A stretch of DNA of 64,000 nucleotides from Lytechinus pictus (lineage: Eukaryota), in assembly GCF_037042905.1 (NCBI RefSeq), contig NC_087251.1, positions 17,238,001-17,302,000 on the forward strand. The letters are read 5' to 3'. Below, piece by piece: positions 13,993 through 26,201 of this stretch. The notes beneath the pieces were generated by a model. It was not told the DNA's origin and made no database searches. It saw nothing but the letters and a program-made list of their open reading frames with translations. Positions within the stretch are counted from its first letter, which is position 1, and every line of letters starts with the position of its first letter. The position numbers and the translations under genes were made by a program.

Positions 13993-14833
13993 ATAACTGA
14001 ACTTAAAAGAAAGCAATGTCAAAACAACAGCCTTGCCATATTTTAGGATCATTTGAATGCAATTAAATGACAAAACCTGTCATTGAAGTAGCCCATAGAT
14101 CATAATGTACTAGTATTCCTGTCACTTGGTCTATGTGATAAAGGGGAAGTCTGTCCTAAAGTCAATTTTCATAAAAGCAGAAATTGAGAAAAACAAATTA
14201 ATATTAGGTTTGGCCAAAATAAATCAAGGAATAACTACAATTCCATTTAAACTTAAATTTGTTCATGTTCATGTACAAGCAGCACCCCTTTTCATGTTAA
14301 ATGACTAAATGTAAGTGCCATTTCCTCAGAAAACTTACAATTAAACCTACATACTGTACATTCATTCAAGACAACAAAGAGATTAATTCACACAAGCTTA
14401 TGTTAAGAAAATATATTTAGTGATTATACTGAACTATTGAAAAATGAAAATTTATAGAATTCAAATGATCGTGGAATTTGCTTGCATTAGATATCACAAA
14501 ATTGAAATTTGATTAAGATTCAATTTTGGGATGTCATAGGGGAGAAGCAGCCTGATATTTCAAGTTTATACATTTGATTAAGTGCCACTTCCTAAGAAAA
14601 TTGAAAATGATTTTATCTCATCATTCATTACAATCACACATTATATCATAGAGTATGCTTTTATAATAAAGAAATAATCATCATGAATTATGAAAATTAT
14701 ATCTTTAGAATGTCACGAAATTGAAATTTTTTAAATAACTGATTGATAATTCGTCCAAACTTTCAATGTGTCTCATTTTTACCTGGATCTCCCCTCTTCC
14801 CTCCCCCCCCCCCCTTAAAAAATGGATGACATG

Positions 14834-15311
14834 AGGTGGTTTCAGACCGCCTCGAAGTTCGCCAGTTCCAGGTATTCTCTGATCGGGAAATTTACCCCGA
14901 TCAGAAAATACCAGGTATTTTGGCGGTCTGAAAGCAAACTACGCGTAATATCCCCGAAAGAAAATACCCGATAAATAGTAGGTACTTGGCGAAATTACGA
15001 GAACTTTCGCGGGGATTTTTCCAAGGTCGTGGGTATTTTGGCGGTCTGAAAGCAAATTACGGGAACTTTTAGCCCAGCGTGTCGTTGGGTGCGGCGCCGT
15101 GCATGGGTTGCTGCTGGGCTAGTGATTTTGAATTTCGCGCCTTGCTGCTTATCAGACCATACTGCGCATGCTCGTAACTTCAGGAACTTATCCAGAAGGA
15201 TATGTTTCAGGGCGGTGTGAATGCAGGAATAATTAATGGGTATTTTTCAGCCTAAAAAAGTTCTCGTAATTTAACGGGGATTCTTGTGATCGAGGCGGTT
15301 TGAAACCACCT
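14834..15311. mobile_element. 478-bp MITE with 3-bp TSD ATG (PIF/Harbinger-like)
   Basis: TIRs AGGTGGTTTCAGACCGCCTCGA...TCGAGGCGGTTTGAAACCACCT; ATG at 14831-14833 and 15312-15314; empty site visible at 19910-19925. Confidence 0.9.
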
Positions 15312-16029
15312 ATGGTGGATATCAAGTTTATCTCCATTAAAGATTGATCTTTTAAACTTCATCTAAAGAAAAAGATTTGTGTCTATCCTTACATAAAGAA
15401 ATGAGCAGACATTAAGGAAAACTTGCTTAATGGAGTACTCCAGGCTGAAAATAATATATTTTGAACAGATTAAGTAAAAATATTTTTTTTAAATGAAAAT
15501 TTCATCAAAATGGAACAAGGTATTACAAAGTTATGACATTTTAAAGCCTTCCATAGACGCATATCTTCATGAATTTGCAATATGAACAAGCTGATGAGGT
15601 CATATCGCCATTCATTATCTTGCATTCTATTATTTATACAAAATTATATTTATTTAAATTTTTCCTACAAGAATGAAGAAAAACTAGATTGACTACTGAT
15701 GAATTCAATGAGTAAGATAATCATTGTGAAACTTATTTTGTTACAAGGAGTAAATCATACACACATGTATGAAAATATAATGATTTCTTGTTTCATCATG
15801 ATTTCAACGTCGATCTGGCACTGCTCATTGGCTGCCAGAACCATGATCAATTGGGCAAAGTGAATTTTCTTTTACAGATTTCTATTTCAAACAATAATAT
15901 ATGGATTATTTTATATTTCATCATCATCATCATCAACATCATCATCATATCATCAACAAAACTTTTTTTTGTGAGCTGTTGCTTCCTTTTTCCCGCCATG
16001 TCAAAATCAGGCTACTAATATGTCTTTGT

Positions 16030-16385
16030 CAAGATTAAAGCCTACTTGAGCACAAATGGTAATCCTCCTATGCAGAGCTGCTCTGTCGCTGGCTGATGGC
16101 GTGCAGGAACCCCATGTGCAGGAGAATGTCTTTGATGGACGCGCAGCTAGGTGTGGTACATGTAGCATGATTTGTGCACATGTGAACCAACAGAATGTAG
16201 TGCCACTGCGAGTAGGCCTATGAGGTCGGGCCAGCCGTTACGAGGCCGTAAATTAAACATGGGTATAATACCACCTTCATACTTTTCTTTCTTTTTAAGC
16301 GTTTCTCTCAAGTTAAAAAAGACACTTTTTTCTGAAGGTTGCCCCAAAAAAGGGGGCCGGCTCAGCCCCTGAGGACTATCCCTCT
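16030..16385. mobile_element. Terminal fragment of the DNA transposon family seen at 52956-54496
   Basis: Reverse-complement similarity to 52960-53295 (e.g. TTACGAGGCCGTAAATTAAACATGGGTATAATACC). Confidence 0.7.
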
Positions 16386-16864
16386 AAAAATAATGAACTG
16401 AACAGACTTACCATCCTTAAATTAATCTGCACATATTTTACACATATAGCCTCACACACAAACATAACCATACTATATAGCTAAACAAAGTATGATCAAG
16501 AAAATAATGCAATAGTTGCACATTTATGGAAAAGTTTTGTTCTTTTCTTTTTTATCACTGCCAATAGAACTTTGGGTTGAATGTTAATTAAGAAAGAAAT
16601 TAGTACCACAACCACACAGACCCTCCAATTCCCCCCCCCCCACACACACACACACAAATGTTTGCACAGACCAAAAGCTAGCCAGTCTATTATTAGTCTG
16701 CTATGCAGACTCTGAATGGCTCGTGAAGTAGGATCTACAGCTGGTTTGCGAAGCAAACCAGCCTGAAAGGGCGAGCGTAGCGAGCCATTTCAGATCTGCA
16801 GATCTGCAGGCTGCTATGCAGACTCCTTGAATCAGCTGTGATACACACACTGCAGATTGTGGGT

Positions 16865-17045
16865 GTGTGTGTGTGTGTGTGTATTTGAGTTTTGTCAGAC
16901 GTGTATCAATCAGATATGATTATTTACGTCTGGGACCGACCTTTAACGTCACCATCCGAAAGACGTGACCAGGGCTCGAACCTGTGCATCAATTTGTAAC
17001 TTCCCCGCATAGCTTGGATTACAGGCGCACGCCACAACGCCCAGT
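16865..17045 (-). mobile_element. Chimeric SINE: 7SL (Alu-domain) head + tRNA-type B box + Deu/Nin-like core + hairpin + (CA)n tail
   Basis: Minus strand ACTGGGCGTTGTGGCGTGCGCCTGTAATCCAAGCTATGCGGGGA (7SL 5' end), GGTTCGAGCCC, CGTCTTTCGGATGGTGACGTTAAAGGTCGGTCCC, then (CA)n; GTGGGT duplicated on both sides. Confidence 0.8.
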
Positions 17046-17567
17046 GGGTCTACAGTTGTAGACTAGTCTATTATCATCATCAGTTGTTTTGCCGAACTAC
17101 GTTTATTCGACTCCAATCCAGACCATGCTGGGATGGTCACAAACTCAGTCAGGAATTTATAAATAAATAAATAAATTTGTGTACTGCCTTAATATGTCAA
17201 AGCAAAGAATAAAGATCGGCCACAATTAATTTGGCCAATGTTAGTTGGCCAACATAACATCAGACTACACAGTTAAAAACTGGTGTTGATATTTAAATCA
17301 ACACAACATTAGGGACTCGGAGCTTCACGATGTCAAACTCAGCTCAAACCTTTATCAGAAGGGGCTATACATGTAGTACATTGGCGGTTCACTTTCCAAA
17401 CTAGGTAAAGAAAAACAAACTTCCTCTTCAGATCGATTCCCGGGAAACGCAAACACGCGGCATATGTAAACATATTTCAAATTATGGCCCAAATTCTCAT
17501 ATTAATCCTTATTAATGAAAATAAATCTGCAATCATAGAAAATGGAACAAATTCTTCGGTGACTCAC

Positions 17568-17830
17568 CATCCACCTTCCCCGGCTATGTATGAGTAGTTA
17601 TCTCTCCACTGTTTGACTTCTACACAGTACCAGTACGTCCGGCTGACTCCAGTCGCTCTCCGCTCTGCCGATCCCTCAACAAGGGACGCGAGAAGCCTCC
17701 AAAGAACTTTCTCTTACCGTAGGCCTACTAGTACTTTTCGTAAATAGAGCACTCAAATTCTCAATCGATAAAGAGATTAACAGGGGGGTGGATCCCAGTG
17801 GACATCAAGCTGCACATAATGGATGGACCG
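17568..17830 (-). other. Putative first (5'UTR) exon and promoter region of the SYT14-like gene
   Basis: CpG-richer unique sequence ending in a consensus donor GATG|gtgagt at 17568/17567; upstream boundary is uncertain. Confidence 0.4.
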
Positions 17831-17934
17831 ATGAACGAATTTTATTAGTCTGATTGATTATCTTATTATAGGCTAGTTTATTTCAAAGTTTCCACAAAAC
17901 AAGAGATGTCTTCACATTGGCAAAGGCGAGGAAG

Positions 17935-18158
17935 ATGATGATGATGAAAATGATAATAAAAATAATAATAATAATAATAATAAAAATAACAATAATAATA
18001 ATGATATAATAATTATTATAATAGTACTAATCGTAATAATAGTAATAACAATAATAAAGATAATAATGATAATAATAATAATAATAATAATAACAATGGT
18101 AATAATAACAATAATGATCATGATAACAATAATAATAAAAACAACAACAATCATAATA
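17935..18158. repeat. (AAT)n-type microsatellite, probably an expanded SINE tail
   Basis: Degenerate AAT/AAC/GAT repeats abutting the 3' end of the minus-strand SINE. Confidence 0.9.
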
Positions 18159-18427
18159 GTTGGATTTATGTAACGATTTTTTTTTTTACCGCGGATCCTA
18201 AGCGCTGCCGCTATTACCCCAGATTTAGCTCAATCTATCATAATCGGCGCTCAGTGCCATCACTCTGAATCAACACATCAATCAACACATTCGATCACTT
18301 CACCTGGGTCGAGTGCAGCACAATAGGCCTATCTTGCTGAAGGAAAACACGCCATGGCAAGATTCGAACCCGCGACCCTCTGTTTGAAAGGCGAGAGTCA
18401 GAACCACTAGACTACGATGCGCCCACA
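18155..18427 (-). mobile_element. tRNA-derived SINE
   Basis: A box TAGTCTAGTGG and B box GGTTCGAATC on the minus strand; body shared with 61614-61919. Confidence 0.85.
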
Positions 18428-18508
18428 ATTTTGGTCATGTGCAGAGTGTTTTTATCATCATTTTTCCTCGAAAGGCCCCTGGCCCTAAATTAATTTCATG
18501 GATACCAG

Positions 18509-18820
18509 GGGCCCGTCTTTCAAAGAGTTGCGATTAATCCGATCAATCGCAACTATGGAAAGCCAGCAAAGTCAACATATAAAATGCATGCTTGTTCAAA
18601 AAAAAATCTAGATATGAATGTGTATACATAAATTCATTGATTTCTTGACAATTGGGCGTATTCTCCTTTGGTTACAAAGGACATTTTGCAAATTTCCTGT
18701 AGAATAAATTATGACACTGATGGATTTCCATACAGTTACGATTGATGGGATCAATCCATAGAGATAAATTATTAGTATGTATCTCTATGGATTGATCGTA
18801 ACTCTTTGTAAGACGGGGCC
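18509..18820. mobile_element. MITE (Harbinger-like)
   Basis: TIRs GGGCCCGTCTTTCAAAGAGTTGCGAT...ATCGTAACTCTTTGTAAGACGGGGCC; flanks CAG/CAT. Confidence 0.75.
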
Positions 18821-19034
18821 CATATTACCATGACCGCATCCAGACTCCATGCAGGGTCTTTGGTAGGGGTGTGAAACTCCGCATCAATTGATAGGCGAAT
18901 AGGTGGAGTATGAGTGGGTGCGAAACCTGCGAACCACTGATGAACAAGGGGTAATCCCCTCCCCCATAGAGGTATAGTATGTGAGAAGTCATGGACGATC
19001 TGTCCTTATAAATTGAAATGTCAAATTTCATCAG

Positions 19035-21815
19035 AATACAATACATGGATCTATAGAGTCATTGACCATTTTTATACTAATATATATGCCTATCCTATTC
19101 AAGCAGGGTGTATTGAAGAAGATATTTCTGACCATCTCCCAGTTTACTCCGTTTTTAAGAACTCCAAGTGTGTTAAACAAAGAAAAAATAGTGTAAAACT
19201 GAGAAACTTTCAGAATTTTTCAATAGATTCATTTTGTAATGATCTACATGTTACTACTGATTTTTGGAAAAAGCGTTTTAGAATGTATGGATCCTAATGA
19301 AGCTTATAATATTTTCCAAAGACAGTTCTTATTTGTTTGTAATAAACATGCTCCTATTGAGACAAAATGTGTTAAACAGAAAAAGAAAAATAATCCCTGG
19401 ATAACACGATGTATTAAGCGTTCAATATCGATAAAGCACAAACTTTTTTCTCAAGTTATAAAATCAAATTATAATAAAGATTGTTTGAATAAATATATAT
19501 AAAAAATACAGAAATCAGTTAACAACCGTCTTAAGGAAAGCAAAGCAAATACATTATGAACATAAGTTTGAAGCATACAAAAAAGATTCAAAGAAAACTT
19601 GGAGTCATATCAATGAACTTTTGAATAAAAATAGTGGCTCGAATCTGAATTAAAAAATTAACAAATTAGTTGTTAACCAAGAAAATGAACCTTCCGAAAT
19701 TACTTCATCTGTTGATATAGCAAATTCACTCTCAACAATTATTTCTCTATTGGGAAAAATCTAGCTGAGAAAATTGAGGAGCCATTACTGTTAATTACCG
19801 AGAGTTCATGGGTCCATACACTAGTCAAACATTTTTCTTCCTGCCAATAACAAGTTCAGAAGTTAAAGAAATGTTAGACACTCTTGATCAATCTAAAGCA
19901 AGTGGCTATGATGACATGGTGGATATCAAGTTTATCTCCATTAAAGATTGATCTTTTAAACTTCATCTAAAGAAAAAGATTCGTGTCTACTGTTGATATA
20001 TGCTATGAATTGTATTTGCAAACCTCTTTCGCATATATTCAATCTATTATTTACCACAGGCATTTTCCAGATAAATTAAAAGTTGCAAGAGTTATACCAG
20101 TTTTCAAAAAGGAGATAAAGAATTACCTGGAAATTATAGACCATTATCGATTTTACCCGCGATTAGCAAAATATTTGAAAAACTAGTGAATGCACGATTG
20201 ATGAAATTCATAGAAAAGAATGAAATATTGTATAAACACCAATATGGTTTTAGAAATGGATACAGTACGAAACTTTCACTGATAAATCTGATTAATCAAA
20301 TTACAAGATATACTGATGAAGGAAAGGTGACAGTAGGAATATTCATTGATTTTGCTAAAACTTTTGATACGATTAATCATTCTATTCTCATTAAGAAACT
20401 AGAACACTATGGCATTCGTGGTAAGGCAGTATAAGGGTTTAATGATTATTTACGAAACAGAAAGCAATTTGTTTATTATGATGGTGTAAATTCCGAATAC
20501 AGGTCGAATTCATGCGGTATTCCACAATGATCAGTTTGGGGTCCAACTGCGTTCTTGTTGTATATAAACGATCTGGCAAACTCATCAAATTATTTCAATT
20601 TCCGTCTTTTTGCGGATGACTCAAATTTATATCATACTTTCAATTGTGATGAACAACATATTGATTTATCAGAAATTAGTCTCAATTTAAACAATATAAT
20701 AGCATGGTGCAATGCCAACAAATTGACAATCAATGTTACGAAAACTAAATATATGTTGTTTAATAATAGACGAAAAAATATTTTGATATCAGGACAACTG
20801 TCACTGAAAGGAACTTTATTAGAGTGTGTTGAATCAACATTATTTCTTGGTATATGTATCGACAAAAACCTTACATGGAAGAAACAGGTTGACATTGTCT
20901 GCAATGTGCTAAGCAAAAAAATTGGAATACTTTATAGATTGAGGAATTATGTAACAAAGAGAATCTTATAATAGTTATGTCATACAACTCATTTATTTTA
21001 CCACATATAACGTATGGCCTGGAAGTATGGGTGCAAAACAACCCTGAACCCTATATTATTACTTCAAAAACGAATAGCTAGAATAATGACGTTCAACCAT
21101 CATACTTATCACTCTGCTCCTTTATTTTATGATCTAAATATTCTCGATATTTTCAAACAATACCAATATTTGATAGGAGTATTTAGGCACGATTTAATTA
21201 ATAATCGGTTGCCGCATAGTTTTATTGATTATTTTTCATTTAGAGACCATCCTTACAATACAAGAAATAGAGAAAAGCGAAATGTTAATCTTGACAAAAA
21301 ATAATACCAATTTGGGAAAACAATCAATTTCATTTTCTGGTCCTACTTTATGGAATCATCTGCCAAGTAATATTAGAAACACCCCCAGTCGTAAGATATT
21401 TAGCAAATCGTTAAAATTAATGCTACTGGAAGATTATAATTAATTTGGTATGGTAAAATACTGCCAAGATTCAAGATTCAAGATTCAAGCCTGAAAACAA
21501 ATTATTCTATATAAAGATTTTGTGAATAATTAAGATATTTTTTCTTGTAAATAGTGTAAATATGTTCACTGAAAATGATCGAAATTTTCCGCAACAGTAA
21601 TAAGTAGAATTAGTACTGAGTTTGATGTACAATATTGAGATTTAGTTAAATTTATTGTTTAAACTATGATAATGACATTATTTGGGGCTAAACTCGATTA
21701 GCATCTTGCTATTATGTTAGCTCCAATTACCAAATGTTTTGTTTATATGTGATGTACTATTCCTTGTAATTGTACCCGACAGTGATATTTGGTAATAAAT
21801 TCAATTCAATTCATT
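19035..21815 (+). mobile_element. 5'-truncated, frameshifted non-LTR retrotransposon (L2/Crack-type; APE endonuclease end + reverse transcriptase)
   Basis: IDHFYTN..DISDHLPVY (APE); FPDKLKVARVIPVFKK, QYGFR, FIDFAKTFDTINH, LYINDL, LFADDSN (RT); 3' stem-loop at 21683-21724; AATAAA and (TTCAA)n tail. Confidence 0.93.
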
Positions 21816-21927
21816 AACTTCTGAATCCATCTAACCTGTAACCAACATAAGGCATATATACGAGCCCTTGAAACGCGCGACTATAGAAGTAAACATGGTA
21901 AAGGAAGATTGCATGATAGATGTTTAG

Positions 21928-22642
21928 TTTCATTTCATTTCGTTTATTTCCATTTTCAACAATTAATTACAGTTGTTTTGTACATTTTTACATACAATAA
22001 AAACATATTTCAAGTATCCCTGTACAAAAATTATATTCAAGATTATTACATCTCAGGTTGGAAATGGAGGAGGCTGCTAAAAAGCGGAGCTTGTAGAGTG
22101 CAGCCTCATAATAAATATTCTTGTAGTAGAGCATATAAAAATCAAATAACAACTTGAGCATAAACCAGTTAAATTAAAAAGAAATAGAGGGAAATTAAAA
22201 TAGAAAAGGAAATACGAAAAAGAGAGATTAAAGGTCTCCATAATCCAGCCCAGTTCTCACAAACGAACCTCGCTGATCAACAGGAAAACGAAATAGATGG
22301 AAAAGTGTACGTCACATGATATTCATGTTTGATTTTTAAAAAATACAAGAGTTTGAGTGATGAAGAGTTAATTCAATGGTTATCTTGGAGAAACTTTATG
22401 AACTTATATTTGAAAGAATTTAGGCTTAGTGATTCTTTGATGTTATTATCCCCAGAGTCTAGGGCCTTCAAAAGTAAAAATTGATTTTGCAAGGATGGTC
22501 CGGGGTAGTGGTAAATGGAATTCGTCTGATTGACGTGTGTGATATTTGTGAAGAGTTTTGTTTTTGTTAAATGGAGAATTAAATATTTCGTCATCAAACT
22601 ACGGTATGTTAATTGTGGGTGCAATGTAAAAAAACTATTCAC
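21928..22642 (-). mobile_element. 3' fragment of another L2/Crack-type LINE
   Basis: ORF2 C-terminus (SLSLNSFKYK), 3'UTR stem-loop GAGGCTGCACTCTACAAGCTCCGCTTTTTAGCAGCCTC, AATAAA and (TGAAA)n tail. Confidence 0.75.
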
Positions 22643-23754
22643 GTTTCCTTATATGCCGCGACTCTACTATACCTAATTTGAAAAAAAGATAATAGTAATA
22701 GATCTAGACCAGGGTTCACAATACGAAGGTGGCCTACAGGCACTGGCGTACAGATCGGGGGGGGGGGGGTCTTGGGACCACCCTCCCAAAAGTTTCAAGA
22801 CCAAGAAAATGAATTAAAAAGAGGGAGGAATTAAAGAAAATGAAAGGAAAAGAGGTAGCATGAGACGTTGTTTTCCGAATATTATGCCAAATCTACCACA
22901 CAGTTATTATTTTTTTCATTTTAAACATTATCAAAATTATTGCACTCTCGTCTCGCTCGCTCGGGACCATATAAAGAGATTTTCTCATGAGACGCCATGT
23001 TGTGCCCCACTCAATTTTTTGGCTCATCATGTCTCTGCCTACAGGTAATATCCAGATGTATCCGGATGGAGATATTGCTATCATAAAAGAACTGACTTGT
23101 CAAATATGAGCGTGTTTATATGGCTATTAAAATTCAAATAAAAATGCAGGTCTGCTGAGCACAATCCATAAATGAGTCAGATCACTTTGTCATCCTGCGA
23201 AAGTATACAAGTTTATATCGCTTGATCGTTCAATATTTTGGAAAGGCCGGGGTATAGGCAACACAAAGGTAAGTTTAATTAATGAAGCCTACTTGTACGT
23301 TAACAAAACTCCATTCCTCTCGACAAAAAATTGCCTCCCTTTTCCTTCTTATTTTAAGATGTTCACTTCTATATTTTTATTTTCATCACTTGGAAAATTA
23401 GGGAGCGGTCGAACACTCCGTACCGTCTACCCCTTCTGACACCTCCCCTGATCATGACAACAAGTTTAATGCTTCCTTGTGATTGGTCGAAATATAGCGA
23501 TGATATTTATAGCTGTGTTTATTAGCAATTAATTCTACAAGACCCCCACCCCCCCCCCCCCGCCCTTCGGTGAATGAACTTTTCAGAAATGGGAGTAAAA
23601 TTGCTTAGTCAGCATTAAACCTGCACCCCTAACACATTAATCCACATCTATCCATATTAATTTCTGGTTTTAAAATGATATTTTTTAAATTATATTTAGA
23701 AGTAGATACTAGTAGTAATAGTAATTTAGTAGACGTAGTAATCAAAGCTATAGT

Positions 23755-23891
23755 CAGGGGCCGCGGAACCGGGGGGGGGGGCCCACTTTTTTCCAAAACC
23801 GTGTACAAAAACGTAAAATTTACCATATGATTGTGATTTTTAGCATGGTCAGCCCCCCCCCCCCACTTTGAAAACCGCTCCGCGGCCCCTG
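23755..23891. mobile_element. Small MITE
   Basis: TIR CAGGGGCCGCGGA...TCCGCGGCCCCTG; no clean TSD. Confidence 0.75.
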
Positions 23892-23892
23892 G

Positions 23893-24067
23893 GAGTAGCA
23901 GCAGCAGTATAAGTAGCAGTAGTAGAATTAGTAGTAGTGGTAGTATAGTATTATTATTATTAGTAGTAGTAGTAGTAGTAGTAGTAGTTGTACTAGTAGT
24001 AGTAGTAGTAGTAGTAGTAGTAGAAGAAGTAGTAGTAGAAGTAGTAGTAGTAGCAGCAGTAGTAGCA

Positions 24068-24137
<70 letters not shown>

Positions 24138-24147
24138 AAGTAGTAAA

Positions 24148-24179
<32 letters not shown>

Positions 24180-24195
24180 AAGTAGTGGTAGTAGC

Positions 24196-24272
<77 letters not shown>

Positions 24273-24280
24273 AAGTAGTA
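23893..24280. repeat. (TAG)n microsatellite
   Basis: Long AGT/TAG array; source of the poly-T/L/V ORFs. Confidence 0.97.
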
Positions 24281-24290
24281 GCCGCAGCAG

Positions 24291-25227
24291 CAATGGCATA
24301 CCGTGGCTCAAGGAATGGGGGAGGGGGCAAAGGCAATTTTTTAATATATATATTCAGACCTAAAGGGATATTATAAGCATTTTCTTTTGTCATGATACGT
24401 ACCTGTCTTGATTCGATTTATAATGCGTGCGCAAAGTGTTTATATATACTGACCCCAAACAGAGACATTTTAAGGACTATCTTTTAGGAATTCATGAAGA
24501 GCTTACATATTTAACCATAGTCACCATAATGTGAGCGTCAAGCGCGTACTGATTTTTTTATATAGAATTACACTTAAACACAAGAAGCACTTTTTGTAGT
24601 CATTAATTGTAATCATGAACATGATACGTATATCACTAATCAAATATTGCGAGCGCGAAGCGCGAGCTGATTTTTTTAAAATTCAGACCCGAAGAGGGGC
24701 ATCTTAAGGCATGTTTATAGAAATTCATTAATACCGACTATATTTCACTAACCAAATGATGCGAGCAGGAAGCGTGAACTGACTTTTTTTTTTATTCCGA
24801 CTAAAAAAAAGGACATTCAAGGACTGTTTTAGGGATTTATAAAGAACAGACATCACCAACCCACTAATCGAACGTAAACACGGACTGGAAATGTTTATAT
24901 TCAGACAATAAAAGGGGCAATCACTTTTAGTAGTCATGCAAAAGAAGCATATGTCACTACATAAAATAATGAAAGCTCGAAGTGCGAGGAATTATATTTG
25001 GTGTATATTGACTTGAAAACGGAATGTTTTAGTACCATTTAATCCCCTTGAAAGGGATTATTTATCTCATTAAACAGACAATGCGAGTACCATGCAGGAG
25101 TGATGAACACATAGGCCCTAAGCAAATTAAATACAATAATTGGCCCTCTTTTTCTCCTCTCCCCAGGGTTTTTTTTTTTGCCAGCTGATGGGGGGGGGAC
25201 GTGCCCCCCTCCGTAGTTACGCCACTG
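24291..25227 (-). mobile_element. Non-autonomous hAT-like element (CAGTGGCGTA family), internally deleted
   Basis: Ends CAATGGCATACCG / GTTACGCCACTG; reverse-complement homologue of 29141-30698 and 50299-51710. Confidence 0.8.
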
Positions 25228-26095
25228 AGTATAGTAGCAGCGGCAGCAGCAGGAGGAATATAGCGCTTCTAGTATAGTATGATTGTGATTGTTATTAAGG
25301 TAATCATCGTCATCATAACCATCATTATGTTCCTCTATATCTGTGTGTGTATTATCGTTCCAAGAGGAATGGAGATTTACATTTTCTGCAATTTTTGTTG
25401 CAATCTGGTGTACACAAGGGCGGGGGTACAGTAAGATTATTTTGAATGCGTCGAAAAGGATCAACAATAGGCCTATATATTCTTTATTTCTTTTGTAAGT
25501 ATTGTCGCTCAGTCAATCATTCGGGTTTTTTTTACCCAATCTTAATCCAAACCCCACACAGCAATTGGGATGTCTTTTATTGCGATTATCCACCATCTCT
25601 TAACAGAAGGCCTTTACAAACCTATTAAAAGCATGTGGAAGCACACTCCCGCCATCGGTCATACAGTCTGTTGGTCGTTGTGAACCATAATGTAAGAATT
25701 GCTGAGACAGCTATTTTGCTGCAAAGGTTAAACTTGATCTAGCGAGAACTGGTTTATGATATTTATATATATTATATTGCTATATTGCCGTCTTTTCATG
25801 TCTTTTTTTTACAGCCACCCTCTGTACCCATGCATCATCATTTTTTTAATCAGAAGGAATTATTGTCTCGTGCTATCAAGATATTTACAAACTTCAGTTT
25901 GTTCAGCTTGACCTTAAAGTTAGTTCTTGTGCAAATTAAAATAACATGTGTTACCTTAGATATAGGGACCCAACATTTCCGTCGAATCAGTTTTTGAAAT
26001 CACCTTTCCGCGAAGAAGATATATTTTAATCGAAACAGCTTAGTCAAGACAGCGGTCCACTTTGCTAATTGTGTCTTTCAAAGTTTATCTGAAAA

Positions 26096-26201
26096 ATGGC
26101 GCCACATTTAGACTTCGAGGAGGATAAGGCCATTGTGTGTGATATACATGGGGAAGATACGGAAGAAGGAGAACGAAAGCCTTTACTTCAATCGCGAAGG
26201 A
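26096..26201 (+). CDS. SLC17-like exon 1
   Basis: AAAATGGCG...MAPHLDFEEDKAIVCDIHGEDTEEGERKPLLQSRR|gtaagt, phase 1. Confidence 0.85.

Larger units (their letters stand above)
12481..14020. mobile_element. Palindromic MITE (possibly Mutator-like) split by nested insertions
   Basis: Left arm 12481-12645 is the reverse complement of 12688-12810 plus 13993-14020; flanks AAAGCAACAA/AAAACAACAG resemble a decayed ~10-bp TSD. Confidence 0.7.

Noticed and set aside
16865..17045. Human Alu contamination
   Set aside because: Only ~45 nt resemble 7SL/Alu, with non-primate substitutions. The rest is a Deu-like core with a (CA)n tail, integrated with a TSD.
19013..21443. Cluster of short ORFs as host genes (also 34549-37293)
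   Set aside because: Consecutive frameshifted pieces of LINE ORF2.
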